Shown: positions 47,101 through 59,475 of the stretch, piece by piece
Position numbering within the stretch: position 1 is the stretch's first letter
Layout: the number at the start of each line of letters is the position of its first letter
Source: Prorocentrum cordatum
Lineage: Eukaryota
Length of the DNA: 64,000 nucleotides
Direction of reading: 5' to 3'
NCBI GenBank assembly: GCA_963575745.1
Contig: CAUYUJ010000126.1
Coordinates: 310,001 to 374,000 of the forward strand
Notes under the pieces: generated by a model
Databases searched by the model: none
Told to the model about the DNA's origin: nothing
The model's input: only the letters and a program-made list of their open reading frames with translations
Translations under genes and position numbers: made by a program

Positions 47101-48944
47101 AGGAGGGTATCGGAATACCATACTATTTACATGGTTTCGTGCCCCTTCCCACCCCTCCAGGGAGGCCCCGCCTGAGCGAGGAGGGTATCGGAATACCATA
47201 CTATTTACATGGTTTCGTGCCCCTCCCACCCCTCCAGGGAGGCCCCGCCTGAGCGAGGAGGGTATCGGAATACCATACTGTTTACATGGTTTCGTGCCCC
47301 TCCCACCCCTCCAGGAGGCGTGCCTGAGCGAGGAGGGTATCGGAATACCATACTATTTACATGGTTTCGTGCCCCTCCCACCCCTCCAGGGAGGCCCCGC
47401 CTGAGCGAGGAGGGTATCGTAACACCATACTATTTACATGGTTTCGTGCCCCTCCCACCCCTCCAAGGAGGCCCCGCCTGAGCGAGGAGGGTATCAAGAA
47501 AATGGGCCCCACGAAACCGTTAATCTCTTTATGTGGGGAACTCCGTTAGCATAATTATTATTAGTATTATTATGAGTAATATTAATATTATCACTGATAG
47601 TCTTATTATTGTGATTATTCCCCACATCCTGAGTGGGGTTCTTGTTTTCCCAGAACACCCTCTCCTTCCCACCCACCTCCCGCTGCATCTTCCATACAGC
47701 ACAATATTATTCCTACCACACACACCATACCATACCATAGTTCCTACCACACATACCATACCATACCATACCATACCATACCATACCACACCATACGTAC
47801 CATACCGTACCATACCATACCATGGCGTACCATAGCATACCATACCATATCACACCAATGCCGCACCGTACCATACCATACCATACCATACCTCCAGTAC
47901 CATACCATACCATATCATACCATACCTACCATACCATTCCATACCACTCCATACCGAAAACCATACTACTTACATGGTTTCGTGCCCCTCCCACCCCTCC
48001 AGGGAGGCCCCGCCTGAGCGAGGAGGGTATCGGAAAACCATACTATTTATATGGTTTCGTGCCCCTCCCACCCCTCCAGGGAGGCCCCGCCTGAGCGAGG
48101 AGGGTATCGGAATACCATACTCTTTACATGGTTCGTGGTTTCGTGCCCCTCCCACCCTCCAGGGAGGCCCCGCCTGAGCGAGGAGGGTATCGGAATACCA
48201 TACTATTTACATGGTTTCGTGCCCCTCCCACCCCTCCAGGGAGGCCCCGCCTGAGCGAGGAGGGTATCGGAATACCATACTATTTACATGGTTTCGTGCC
48301 CCTCCCACCCCTCCAGGGAGGCCCCGCCTGAGCGAGGAGGGTATCGGAATACCATACTATTTACATGGTTTCGTGCCCCTCCCACCCCTCCAGGGAGGCC
48401 CCGCCTGAGCGAGGAGGGTATCGGAATACCATACTATTTACATGGTTTCGTGCCCCTCCCACCCCTGCAGGGAGGCCCCGCCTGAGCGAGGAGGGTATCG
48501 GAATACCATACTATTTACATGGTTTCGTGCCCCTCCCACCCCTCCAGGGAGGCCCCGCCTGAGCGAGGAGGGTATCGGAACACCATACTATGTACATGGT
48601 TTCGTGCCCCTCCCACCCCTCCAGGGAGGCCCCGCCTGAGCGAGGAGGGTATCGGAATACCATACTATTTACATGGTTTCGTGCCCCTCCCACCCCTCCA
48701 GGGAGGCCCCGCCTGAGCGAGGAGGGTATCGGAATACCATACTATTTACATGGTTTCGTGCCCCTCCCACACCTCCAGGGAGGCCCCGCCAAAGCGAGGA
48801 GGGTATCGGAATACCATACTATTTACATGGTTTCGTGCCCCTCCCACACCTCCAGGGAGGCCCCGCCAAAGCGAGGAGGGCATCAAGAAAATGGGTCCCA
48901 CGAAACCGTTAATCTCTTTATGTGGGGAACTCCGTTAGCATAAT
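44184..48944 (+). mobile_element. Three tandem copies of a composite non-autonomous element: sub-TIR, (ACCAT)n, 77-bp tandem array, sub-TIR
   Basis: Units span ~44184-45357, 45359-47555 and 47618-48944. Each starts tt(c/t)ccac(a/g)tcctgagtggggttcttgttttccc and ends catcaagaaaatg.g.cccacga.accgttaatctctttatgtggggaactccgtt.gcataat. Confidence 0.7.
44343..48880 (+). repeat. 77-bp satellite, ~45-50 highly similar copies in three blocks
   Basis: Unit: ccagggaggccccgcctgagcgaggagggtatcggaataccatactatttacatggtttcgtgcccctcccacccct. The ORF track repeats with a 77-nt offset. Confidence 0.97.
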
Positions 48945-49755
48945 AATTAGTATTATTCTTAATATTATCATTAGTATTATTAATGTTTTTATTAGTAGTA
49001 TTATTATTATTATGTGTATTATTTATAGTATTATTACTATTATTATTAGTAGTATGGGTATTCTTCTTAGTATTGTCATTATTAGTATGTGTCTTCATCA
49101 TTGTTCTTATCTGTTCGCACTATTATTATTGATATTGTTAGTAGTATTGCTATTTTTATTAGTATTGGTAAAAGTATTATTATTATTATTATCATTATTA
49201 TTATTAAGTTGATTATTATTCTCCTTGTTCGCCTCCTCCTCCTCCTCCTCTTGTGTTTCGTATTTTTCTTCTTGCTCCTCCTCCTCTTCCTCCTCCTCCT
49301 CCTCCTCCCCCTCCTCCCCCTCCTCCCCATCCTCCTCCTCCTCCTCCTCCTCCTCCGGTTCCTCCGGCTCCTCCGCCTCCTCCCCCCCCTCTTCCTCCTC
49401 TTCCTCCTCCTCCTCCTCCTCCTCCTTTTCGTTTTATTAGTATTATTTGTCTTCTCTTCAAGTTATTATTATAGTTCGTACTCTTCTTCTTCTTCTTACT
49501 ATTATTATGCGTATTCTTCTTCTCCTCCTCCTCCTCTTATTATTATTCTTATTATGCTTATTGTTCTTATTGTTCGTCTTATGTTTCTTATTCGCATTCG
49601 TATTATTATTCTTATACTTCCTATTATTAGTTGTATCAGTCTTATTATTACTATTCTAATTCTTATTAATATTATTCTTGTTATTATGATTATTCGTCTT
49701 ATTCGTCTTTTTCTTATTATTCTTCCTCCTCCTCCTCCTCCTCCTCCTCCTCCTG
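48945..49755 (+). repeat. (TAT)n/(CCT)n/(TTC)n low-complexity tract
   Basis: Directly visible. The ~130-bp block at ~49420-49550 is duplicated at ~50640-50770. Confidence 0.9.
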
Positions 49756-50419
49756 GGCTATGGGTCCCCTATCGGCGATGAATGGGCCATTTCGGGGTCG
49801 ATGCGCTCCGCCTGGAGCCGGCGGCCGGCCATGACGAGCCCAGAACCCCCTGGAAGGTCCTCGGCAGGCGCAGCCGCCGAAGAGCCTCCCCCGAGGCTGG
49901 AAGACCGCCGAGGACCAATGAGACCGCCAGAAAACCTCAGACCTCGAAACTCGAAACCTCAAAACCTCAAACACCTAAAACACCTTGAAACTCGAAACCT
50001 CAAACCTCGAAAACCTCAAAACTCAAAGACTCGAAAATCGAAACTATCCCCCGAAGCCCTCAGGGCCCCATTTCAAATAATGGACCGAGGCACGTGCGCG
50101 GCTCAGGGGGTGGGCCAGAGGACGCACTGAGACGAGAAGAGGTGTCATGAAATCTGGGGAGACATCGTGGCCCCCGCCATGATTTCCCCCCCCCCCCTCG
50201 TCGCCACCCCCATCTTGGCCGCCCCGGAAGCCCTCCGGGCTCCCATCCTTGCACCGCCGAGCCGTGCCGAGGGAATGCGCGCTCGTTTCTGGCATCCGGC
50301 GCTTACCGGGCGGGGCCGCCAGTGGCGGCTCGGCCCGCGCGGGGCCGTGGCTCAGATCAGGCTGTTGAGCACCTCGGCTGTCCGCCCACCACAGGGTCAC
50401 GGCGCTGGGCGCCCCCGAT

Positions 50420-50957
50420 TTCTCCTCTTCCTCCTCCTCTTCCTTCTCCCCCTCCTCCCCCTCCTCCTCCTCCGCCTCCTCCGCCTCCTCCTCCTCCTCC
50501 TCCTCCTCCTCCTCCTCCTCCTCCTCCTCCCGCTCCCCGCTCCCCGCTCCTCCCTACGTACTGCTCCGCCTCCGCTTCATCCCTCCTCCTCTCCCTTCTC
50601 CTCCTCCTCTTCCTCCTCCTCTTCCTCCTCCTCCTCCTCCTCCTCCTTTTCGTTTTATTAGTATTATTTGTCTTCTCTTCAAGTTATTATTCTAGTTCGT
50701 ACTCTTCTTCTTCTTACTATTATTATGCGTATTCTTCTTCTCCTCCTCCTCCTCTTATTATTCTTCTTATCATCATCATCATCATCGTCATCATCGTCAT
50801 CATCATCATCATCATCATCAGCAGCATCAGCATCAGCATCAGCATCATCATCATCATCATCATCAGCAGCAGCATCAGCATTATCATCAGCATCAGCTTC
50901 AGCTTCAGCATAATCATCATCAGCATAACCATCACTATCACTATAACTATCATTATT

Positions 50958-50992
<35 letters not shown>

Positions 50993-52035
50993 GATCATCA
51001 TCATAATCAGCATCATCTTCATCAGCATCATCATCATAATCATCATCATGTACATCATCAGCATAAGAGGCAGCATCATCATCACCTTCGTCGTCTTCAC
51101 CTATCCCATAGCCATCACGATCACCACCATCACCACCACTGCCACCACCACCACTACAATAATCAGTATCATCATCACCATCATCACCCCGTCATCGTCA
51201 TCATCGTCATCATCAGCATCATGATCATCATCATGAGCATCATCATCGTCATCATCGTCATCATCATCGCCATCGTCATCACCACCATCACCACCATCAT
51301 CATCATCATAATCGTCATCATAGTCATCATCATCACCACCAGCATCATCAGCATCATCACCACCACCACCAGCATCATCAGCATCATCATCATCGCCATC
51401 ATCTTCTTCATTGTCATCTTCATCATCATTTTCAACATCAGAATTGTCATCAAAGTCATCAGCATCACCACCAGCATGATCGCCATCATCACCACCACCA
51501 TCATCGTCATCATCATCAGCATCATCATCGACATCATTGTCTCAATCTTCTTCATCAGCATCATCGTCCGCATCAGCATCATCATGCATCATAATCAACA
51601 TCATCACCATCAACATAATCATTGTACGCATCATCATCGTTATCACCGTCATCAGCATCATCATCTTCATCAGCGTCAGCATCATCATAATCATCATCGT
51701 CAGCACCAGCATACTCATCGTCACCATCACCACCACCATCCTCATCATCATCAGCGTTAGCATCATCATAGTCGTCATCGTAATCATCATCATCGTCATC
51801 GTAATCAACATCATCATCAAACTCATTACTATCATCATCACCGGCATCGCCGGCTTCATCAACATCATCATCATCATCATTATCATCACCACCACCACCA
51901 TCATCATCATCAACGCCGTCATCATCATTATCATCATCCCCTCCTCCATCTCCTCATCCGCATCCCTTCCTCATTCCCATCCTTGATTCTCTTCCCCTCC
52001 GCCTTCTCCTCCGCCTCCGCCTCCTCATCCTCATC
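50420..52035 (+). repeat. (CCT)n followed by degenerate (CAT)n microsatellite
   Basis: Directly visible. Confidence 0.93.
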
Positions 52036-52189
52036 CTTGTCGTCGTGGCTACCTTCACCTCCTCCACTCCCTCATCCTCAAAGCAACTCCATCTTGTCGT
52101 GTCATCAGACGTGCTCGCAGGACTGGCTGGGCGTTTGGTTTGAGACAAGCTGAAAAGACTCCACAAACGATAGTGATGGAGGACATGTT

Positions 52190-52740
52190 GTTATCAAAAT
52201 GCGGCTCTCGCCGATGCACTGCGCACAGTCGGTTTAGAAGCTTCAAAAAATTACAAGGAAGGCCTGTCTGTTTTCAAAATGCGGCTGTCGCCTATAAGCA
52301 CCACGCGCGCACGTCTGAAAGCCCAGCAGTTATACCCATGGGGGGGTAGTTAAAAAAATGCGACTCTCGCCTTAGCGCGGCGCACATTCGTTTTCAGATC
52401 CTCTAGCACTACAAGGGCGGAGGCCGATTCGCTTTCAAAATGCGGCTATCGCCTAAGCACCACTCGCATTCGTCTGACAAGTCCAACAATTATACCTGTG
52501 GGGCGAGGTAGTTTTCAAAATGTTACTCTTGCCGTAGCGCGGCGCGCATTCGGATTCAGATCCTCTAGTACATACCAGGACGGAGGCCGGTTCGTTCAAA
52601 AATTCGACTATCGCCTGAGAGCCGCGCACACTCGCCTTGATATCAACAATTATATTAATGAACGGGGTGGATTTGAAACTGTGGCCCTGGCCTTAGCCCC
52701 GCGCACATTCGCTTTGAAAGCTGCCAACAATTACAAGGAT
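52190..52740 (+). repeat. Degenerate ~80-bp tandem repeat (tcaaaatgcggct.tcgcc...gcgcacattcg), about 7 copies
   Basis: The motif recurs at ~52195, 52274, 52355, 52435, 52515, 52596 and 52675. Related copies occur at ~29780-29890. Confidence 0.7.
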
Positions 52741-54574
52741 GAAGGCTTGTTCAGTTCCACGATGCCAGGACAGCTCAGAATCGAATAGATAAGTCGGATC
52801 GGCGATTGAAATGAACCGGATCGGCGGAAATCGGCAGCCAAGTCGGGAGAAATCGAATCGGCGGACTTCGGCAGGCTTAAGCCTCCGTTGAGAAATAGGA
52901 ACCTATATCGGAATACGAAGCCGAATCACATCGGAATCGGAATCCATCGAAATCGAATCGAATAACGTTGGAGGAATCGAAAAGAGCCCTGGCTGCGGCT
53001 TTCGATTCAGACTTCAACAAGTGACCCGAAATTTCGAATTGGACAACAGCGACGCACTTGGAAAGCGGTTCCTACTGAAAATGGGGCTCTCGCGCGAGAC
53101 CTCCGCAAATGTTTTGCCAGGAACTTTGAACATGTGTGCAATATTTGCACTGTTGGAGGACTGATCTGTTTCAAAACGTGGATCTCGCGGGACGTTTCCT
53201 TGAACTTTCTTATCCTACCTCTCTGCGGAAAGACTACTTGTAGGGAGGAGGGTACTTGGGACGGAAGAGTGTATTGCGACATCGTTTATGGATCCCGAGG
53301 CTATCCTGAAACTCCTTCTCCTTCTCCTCTTCCTCCTCCTTCTCCTCCTGATCACCATTCCTCAGCCCTGCTCCACATCCCACCCGCCCTTCTCCTGGAA
53401 ACCAGTCTGGCAACCAACGTTCGCGTGGACCCCCGTTGACGGACAACAGGAGAACGCGACTGTTTCGGGTGCGGCTGCTGCGGGACATGCTCGACTCGAT
53501 GGCGGCGGAGGCCTTGTCCCAAGGCGTCATCATCCTCCCCAATCGTTGCCCCTCCCTCTGTTGCCTCGCTCTCCCTCTCCTCCTCCTCGCCCCACGTGGA
53601 CGGCGCAGGTCGCAGGTGCACTTAGTGCGAACATCCGGCCACCAAGGCCAAGCCAGCAGCATGGATAAAAGCGAAGCGTTTCATGACAATCAATAGTGGT
53701 GTGCTTTTCTGTTGCTGTAGCCTGACAGAACAGAGCTGCACGTAGCTGGAGGGGTCGTCCACCCCAGCCATACTAGCCAACTTCGTGGCAATCTGGAGCT
53801 CAGATACTACAGGGGTTGCGGTTCCGATAGTCATAACCAGCTCGCAACTCTCGGTCAAGTCTTCCAGCGTCGACCGTTGACCGAGCACGGAGAAGGCTGA
53901 ACACCTCGGCCGCATTTCGCGAGGGATCTGGCCAAAGGCCCAGAGCAAAGAAGAAAAAACATCAGGACGCAAGCAGGCTGTTCAACTGCCTCCTGTTCGC
54001 GCTGAACTTGCCACGTGGTCAGACGTGCGCGAACGCCGCCCGCTCGCTAGGTGGGAACACGCCCCAGTCCACATAAGAAGCTGTGCAGCACTTGCTTCTT
54101 GCATTATGGGAGTGCTACAGGGTGGGAATGGGCAAGACCCCCTTCCTGCTTCGACCTAGCTGACTTGACTCATACTCATATCCCTCCTCCAGCTCCTCAT
54201 CCCCCTCCCCTCCTCGTCACCCTCTCTTCCTCTTCTTCCTCCTTCTCTTCCTCCTCCTCCTCCTCCACTTCCTCCTCTTCCTCTTCCTCCTACGCGCTGA
54301 GGCGCTGGCGCGCGAGGAGATGGGGGCAGCGTCTGCCGGCTCCTCGCCGCCCCCCCCCTCGCACACGGCCCTGTGACGGGGAATGGGCACGGCCCGACAT
54401 CCATGCAATTATTTCTGTTTTGGGGGGCAAAGAAGAAAACTGGCGGGCAATCGCGAATTCATAACGCCATGTGCAAATGCAACGAGTACACCATCCGTGT
54501 CAATAGCTGCATGATCGAATGTTGGATTAGAAACTCCGTGAATCAACGCGCGAGCGTTGCACGACCCTGAAGAC

Positions 54575-55980
54575 TGATGGGGAAGGAGGATGAGGAGGAA
54601 AAGGGCGAGGGGAGGGGGAGGAGGAGGCGGAGGAGGAGAAATAAAAGGAAGAGGAGGAGGAGGAGGGGGTAAGAAGAGGGGGCAAGGGCCGGAGAGAGAA
54701 CGAGGAGAGGGGAAAGAGAAGAAAAGGAGGAATCATAAGAAGGAGGGAGGAGGAGAAGGACGAGAAGGTGGAGGAGGCGAAGGGGAAGGAAACGGGGAAA
54801 AAGGGGGAGGAGAAGGGAGGAAGTGGAGGAGGAGGAGGCGGAGGAGGAGGAGGACGAGGAGGAGAAAGGGAAGGCGAAGCGGGAAGGAATAGATGGGGCG
54901 AGCGGGAAGAGGGCGGAAGAAAAAAACAGAGGAAAGAGAGAGAGAGAGAGAGAAAGAGAGAAAGAGAGAGAGAGAGAAAACAAAAAAACGCATCGCATCC
55001 ACAATGTATTCTCCTGTGAGCAGGTCTTCAACCGTGCATCGACGCCGATCATTGCCGAAAAGGCCATTCCTGGGCCAAGGACTGGTGATCACTGCTTAAG
55101 AGGGTGCCCCTCCAGGGCTCCTCCTCCTCCTCCTCCTCCTCCTCCTCCTCCTCCTCCTACTCCTCCATCCTCCTCCCACTCCCTCCTCCCTCTCCGCGGA
55201 ACATTTTCTCGTAGACTCGGGGGGCGAAGACGGCCCCCCCGAAGCCCGAGATGGGCAAGAGAAGCGCAGGGCGTGAGGGACAAAACACCGAGAATCGGGG
55301 CTTCCACTGGTTTCCGCGGGAGCGCAGGAACGGAGCAACATCGTGAAGAACCCCCCACTCCTCCTCCCCTCCTCCCCCTCCTTCCCTCCCTCCCTCCCTC
55401 CCTCCCTCCCTCCTCCCTCCCTCCCTCCCTCCCTCCCTCCCTCCCTCCCTCCCTCCCTCCCTTCCCTCCCTCCCTCCCTCCCTCCCTCCCTCCCTCCCTC
55501 CCTCCCTCCCTCCCTCCCTCCTCCTCCTCCTCCTCCTCCTCCTCCTCCTCCTCCTCCTCCTCCTCCTCCTCCTCCTCCTCCTCCTCCTCCTCCTCCGCCC
55601 CTCCTCCTCCTCCTCCTCTCCTCCTCCTCCTCCTCCTCCTCCTCCTCCTCCTCCTCCTCCGCACGGGGGTCGGGGGAGTAGGGGAGGGAGGGCGGGTCGG
55701 GAGCGCGAGAAAAAGGCCGACGCCATCAGCACGCACCTTTCGCGGCGGACACCGCTCTCGCCAGGTCATCCTCTTCCTCCTGCCCTTTTCCCCCCCTCCT
55801 CCTCCTCCTCTTCCTCCTCCTCCTCCTCCTCCTCCTCCTCCTCTCCTCCTGCTCCTCCTCCCTATTATCTCCCCTCCCTCCCTATTTTCCTTCCTGCTCC
55901 TCTTGTTCTCTTTTCCTCTTCCTCCTTCTGCTCCTCCATCCTCCCCCTCCTGCTCCTCCATCCTCCCCCATCCCATCTTC
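54575..55980. repeat. Purine-rich (AGG/AG)n tract followed by pyrimidine-rich (CCT)n/(CCCT)n tracts
   Basis: Directly visible. Confidence 0.9.
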
Positions 55981-57266
55981 CCCTAGGATTATTTCTCCAT
56001 TTGTTGATTCTGTCTCTCCTTCCTTGACTTCTGCAATTTCATAATATTTCCCTCCGCCTGCTTCCCCCTCCCACTTATTTTGCTCTTCCTCCTTCTCTCC
56101 TACTTCTCTCCGCTTCTCCCTCCCACTTATTTTGCTATTCCTCCTTCTCTCCTCCTTTCAATTCCTCCTCCTCCTCGTCCTCTTCATCCTCCCTTCTCCA
56201 CCCTCCTCTTTACAGTCAAAGTTTTGCTCTAGGACACCTATGTGAGACGCGAAGCCCATATTCATTAAACCAGTGGACAAGAACAGAACGCCCAAGCAAT
56301 TGCCCAATCGTGATCCCTCGATTTGGGTCTCTCCGCGCAAACATTTCATGAGTCTCGCGCGAACTGAGGCAGAGCACACCCCGCCCCCTGGAACAGCTCG
56401 ACACCTCATACGTAGAACCTTGTGAAGCCTCGAGAAAGTCCCTCACCTATTCCTCTCCACTTCTCTGGAGGGAAACAAAACGATGACCATGACCAAGACT
56501 GGGCCCAGACACGTCGTCCATCTCCGCGTGCCATTCTCGCGAATCGGCGACGGTCGGCATGGACCCTGATCAAGATCGGCGTCGACAAGATCCCACGACA
56601 TGTTGGTCATGGTCATCGTGCTTCTTCTATCGATCCTCACTCCTTCCTGCCTCTCTCCCTCTTCGCTCCCCCCTCATCCTTCCCCCCTCCTCCCCCTATC
56701 TCCCATCTCCTCCTTCCCCTCCCCTCCCCCGTACTCCTCCTCCAGCCTCCAGCCTTGACCTTCCCCTGCCCTCCCTCCTCCTCCTCTCCCCTGTCCCCTC
56801 CTCCCCCTCCGCCTCCTCATCCTCCTCCTCCTCCCCCCGACGACGACCTCGGACGACGCCCCCCGCTGACGCCCGACGATGCTCGCCGGCGACGACCGCG
56901 GTGGGGGCGTCGGCCGCAGCGGCGTCGGTGGCAGTGGTGACGACCGCGGCGGCGACAACGCTGGCGACGGCGGCGGCGGCAGCGGCGGCGACGGCGCCGG
57001 GTCCTCGCCGCCGCCGGGCCCCGGAGGCGCCCTTCGGCGCACGGCGGGCCCCCCCCGGCCCGGGAGGGCGGTGCTCCTCGGCGGCGCCGCCGCTCGGCTG
57101 CGTGCGGCGGCGCACGGCGGCGTTCGGCGAAGGCGGCAGCGACCGCGGCCACGGCCACGGCCAGGGCAACAGGAGGAGGGAGGAGGCGGAGGGGAGAGGC
57201 GGAGGGGGATAGTCTTCTCTCTCCTCCTCCTTCCCACCTCCTCTTCCTCCATCCTCCTCCCCTGGG

Positions 57267-57358
57267 AGGACGCTGGCGAGGAGATGTTCCAAGGGTTCCC
57301 GAAGGTGTTTCTGTGGCAGGATCTCAAAAAGGTGGCCAAAGACTTTCAAAGGAAGTGA
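57267..57358 (+). CDS. Possible isolated exon of an unidentified host gene (DAGEEMFQGFPKVFLWQDLKKVAKDFQRK)
   Basis: A short, complex, protein-like island with GC3 bias between pyrimidine tracts, with a candidate AG|G acceptor. I recognise no homology. Confidence 0.3.
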
Positions 57359-59302
57359 TGATCCTCGTCGTCTCATCTCCTCCCTCACTCCCTCACTCCC
57401 TCCGTCCCTCCTCCATCACCCGCGCGCCGCTTCATCATGCCTCCGTCTCCTCCTCCTCCTCCTCCTCCTCCTCCTCCTCCTCCTCCTCCTCCTCCTCCTC
57501 CTCATCCTCATCCTCATCCTCATCATCATCCTCCTCCTCCCTCCTCCTCCTCCTCCTCCCCCTCCTCCCCCTCCTCCCCTCCTCCTCCTCCTCCTCCTCC
57601 TCCTCTCCTCCTCCTCCTCCTTCATCTTCCCCTCCTCCTGCTGCTCCTTCCCTCCTCCTCACCTCCTCCTCCTCCTCCTCCTCCTCCTCCTCCTCCCCTT
57701 CCTCACCTTCCTGCTCCTCGTCGTCAGCCTCCAACCCATCCTCATCCTCGTCCTCCTCCCGTTCCGTTCCGCCGCTCCTGGCTCCGTCCCCCCCTCCCGC
57801 CCCTCCCTCCCTTCCCCGGTGTCCTCTTCACTTCGCTCCTCTCTGTCGCGGCCTCCCAACCTTTCCCTTCTTTCCTCGTCCCTCTTCCTCCTCCCTCCTC
57901 CTGCTTCCTCCCGTCCCTCTCCTCCCCCCTCCCTCTGCCCTGCTCCCACACTCCGTCTCCCTCGGACCGTGCCTCCTGCTGCTGCTCCTCCTCTCCACCC
58001 CCCGAGGATGTGGAACTGCCTCTTCTGGTCCGCTCGCCTGATTCGGTGCGACGTCTCAGTGGCGAAGCTGTGACAGAGAGCTGGAGTGGGCCATCGAAGC
58101 CAAGCTAAGTTTCGCTGGAAGTGTCTGTTTTGGTGCGGTTGAAGTATTATTGGTCTTCACGCGCGTCTGCAGTGTAGAAATGTCTCATGGGTTGACTCTC
58201 GCCAGATGCGGCTGGGACTAGACCACATGCTCGCTCCAGTGAAGGCAAGCCCTGGATGGGGCCCGAAACAGCCCAAAAAACCAACCGCAATGGCCAGCGA
58301 GGACCATACGGCTCTAAAAACCCACCTCCACCCTGTAAAACTAGCGTACCGTTCGAGACATCCCCACTCTCTGGGCGCGACCAGGCCCGTGACACACCCT
58401 TCGTCGGCATAGCACTGACCTGCATCACCAAGCGCGATCGAGCCGCATCCAGCCCAAGCGACGAAGAAGTGTCCCGAGAACATTGAAAACACGGGTACCT
58501 GTCTGACAGCAATGCGGGCATTATCCCTCCCCCCCGTCCTCAGTCATCCTGATACTCCTCCTCCCCCTCCTCCTTCGCTTCGCACTCCTCAACGGTTGCT
58601 CGGAATTGCGGGGACGTCTCATGTCAAACTGGTTGGACCCCCCCGCATGCGGCATCTCTTTGCCCACAATTGCGGGGACGTTTCAGGCGAAACAGACAGG
58701 ATTACCTCGTGGGCGGCACCTTGAAGCCTAGTGTAGCGACGATGTCTCAAGTCACACGGACGACGCAACCTCAGGTCACAGTATCCCGAGCCCAAACTTT
58801 GTGAGGATGCTTCAGGCGATGTGGGCCATGCCACCTCTCGCGTAGCGTGTGGAAGCCCAGAATGCGAGGCTGTCTCAAGCGAAGCGGGCCAAACCGTTTC
58901 AAATGTGGTCGTCTCGGAACGTAGACTTGTGAGGATGTCTCATACGGAACAGGCCGAACCACCTCAGCATGTTGCCAATGTCTCGAAGCGCGAGCCCCCC
59001 GAGCGGTAATTATTCGTTCTTACTACCAATGCCCTCCGGCACCGGCTGGGCGACTTGGGAGCATTCCAATACAAAACCTGTTGAACGGAAACAAACCCGA
59101 AGTTCCAACATGTGTCCGCTGCCACTACCACGGCAAAGGCAGCAGGGCCATGCGACTTGGAGAGCCTTGTGCTGGGCGAGAGGAGCCCGGTGCTGGCAGG
59201 ACGGCGAAGACACGTGCTCGGCAGAGTGCCCCGTGCCTCCCCTCTCCGTGGTGTGCCCCCTGTTCCCGCCAGGCCTCAGCAGTCGGAGGGAGCCCAGAAG
59301 TA

Positions 59303-59475
59303 CAGTCAAAAACCCTAATAAGGACGCGCGGTAAGGACGCAAGACCCTTGGAAGCCGAAGTTGGGATTTTTGGGGCAAGCGAAAGAGGCCAAGGACGAGC
59401 CGCAAGAGCAAGGAAGAGCAAGGACGCAAGGGTACCCTGAGCAAAGTCGCGCGTCCATACTAGGGTTTTTGACTG
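59303..59475. mobile_element. Tc1/mariner/pogo-type MITE, 173 bp, TA target duplication
   Basis: TA|CAGTCAAAAACCCTAATAAGGACGCGCG ... CGCGCGTCCATACTAGGGTTTTTGACTG|TA gives 28-bp TIRs with 2 mismatches. Internal aaggacg repeats are present. Confidence 0.88.

Noticed and set aside
44343..48880. 77-bp array as a CRISPR array or a repeat-protein gene
   Set aside because: The units are contiguous and near-identical with no unique spacers, and no cas genes are present. Because 77 is not a multiple of 3, the repeated 65-aa ORFs are artefacts.
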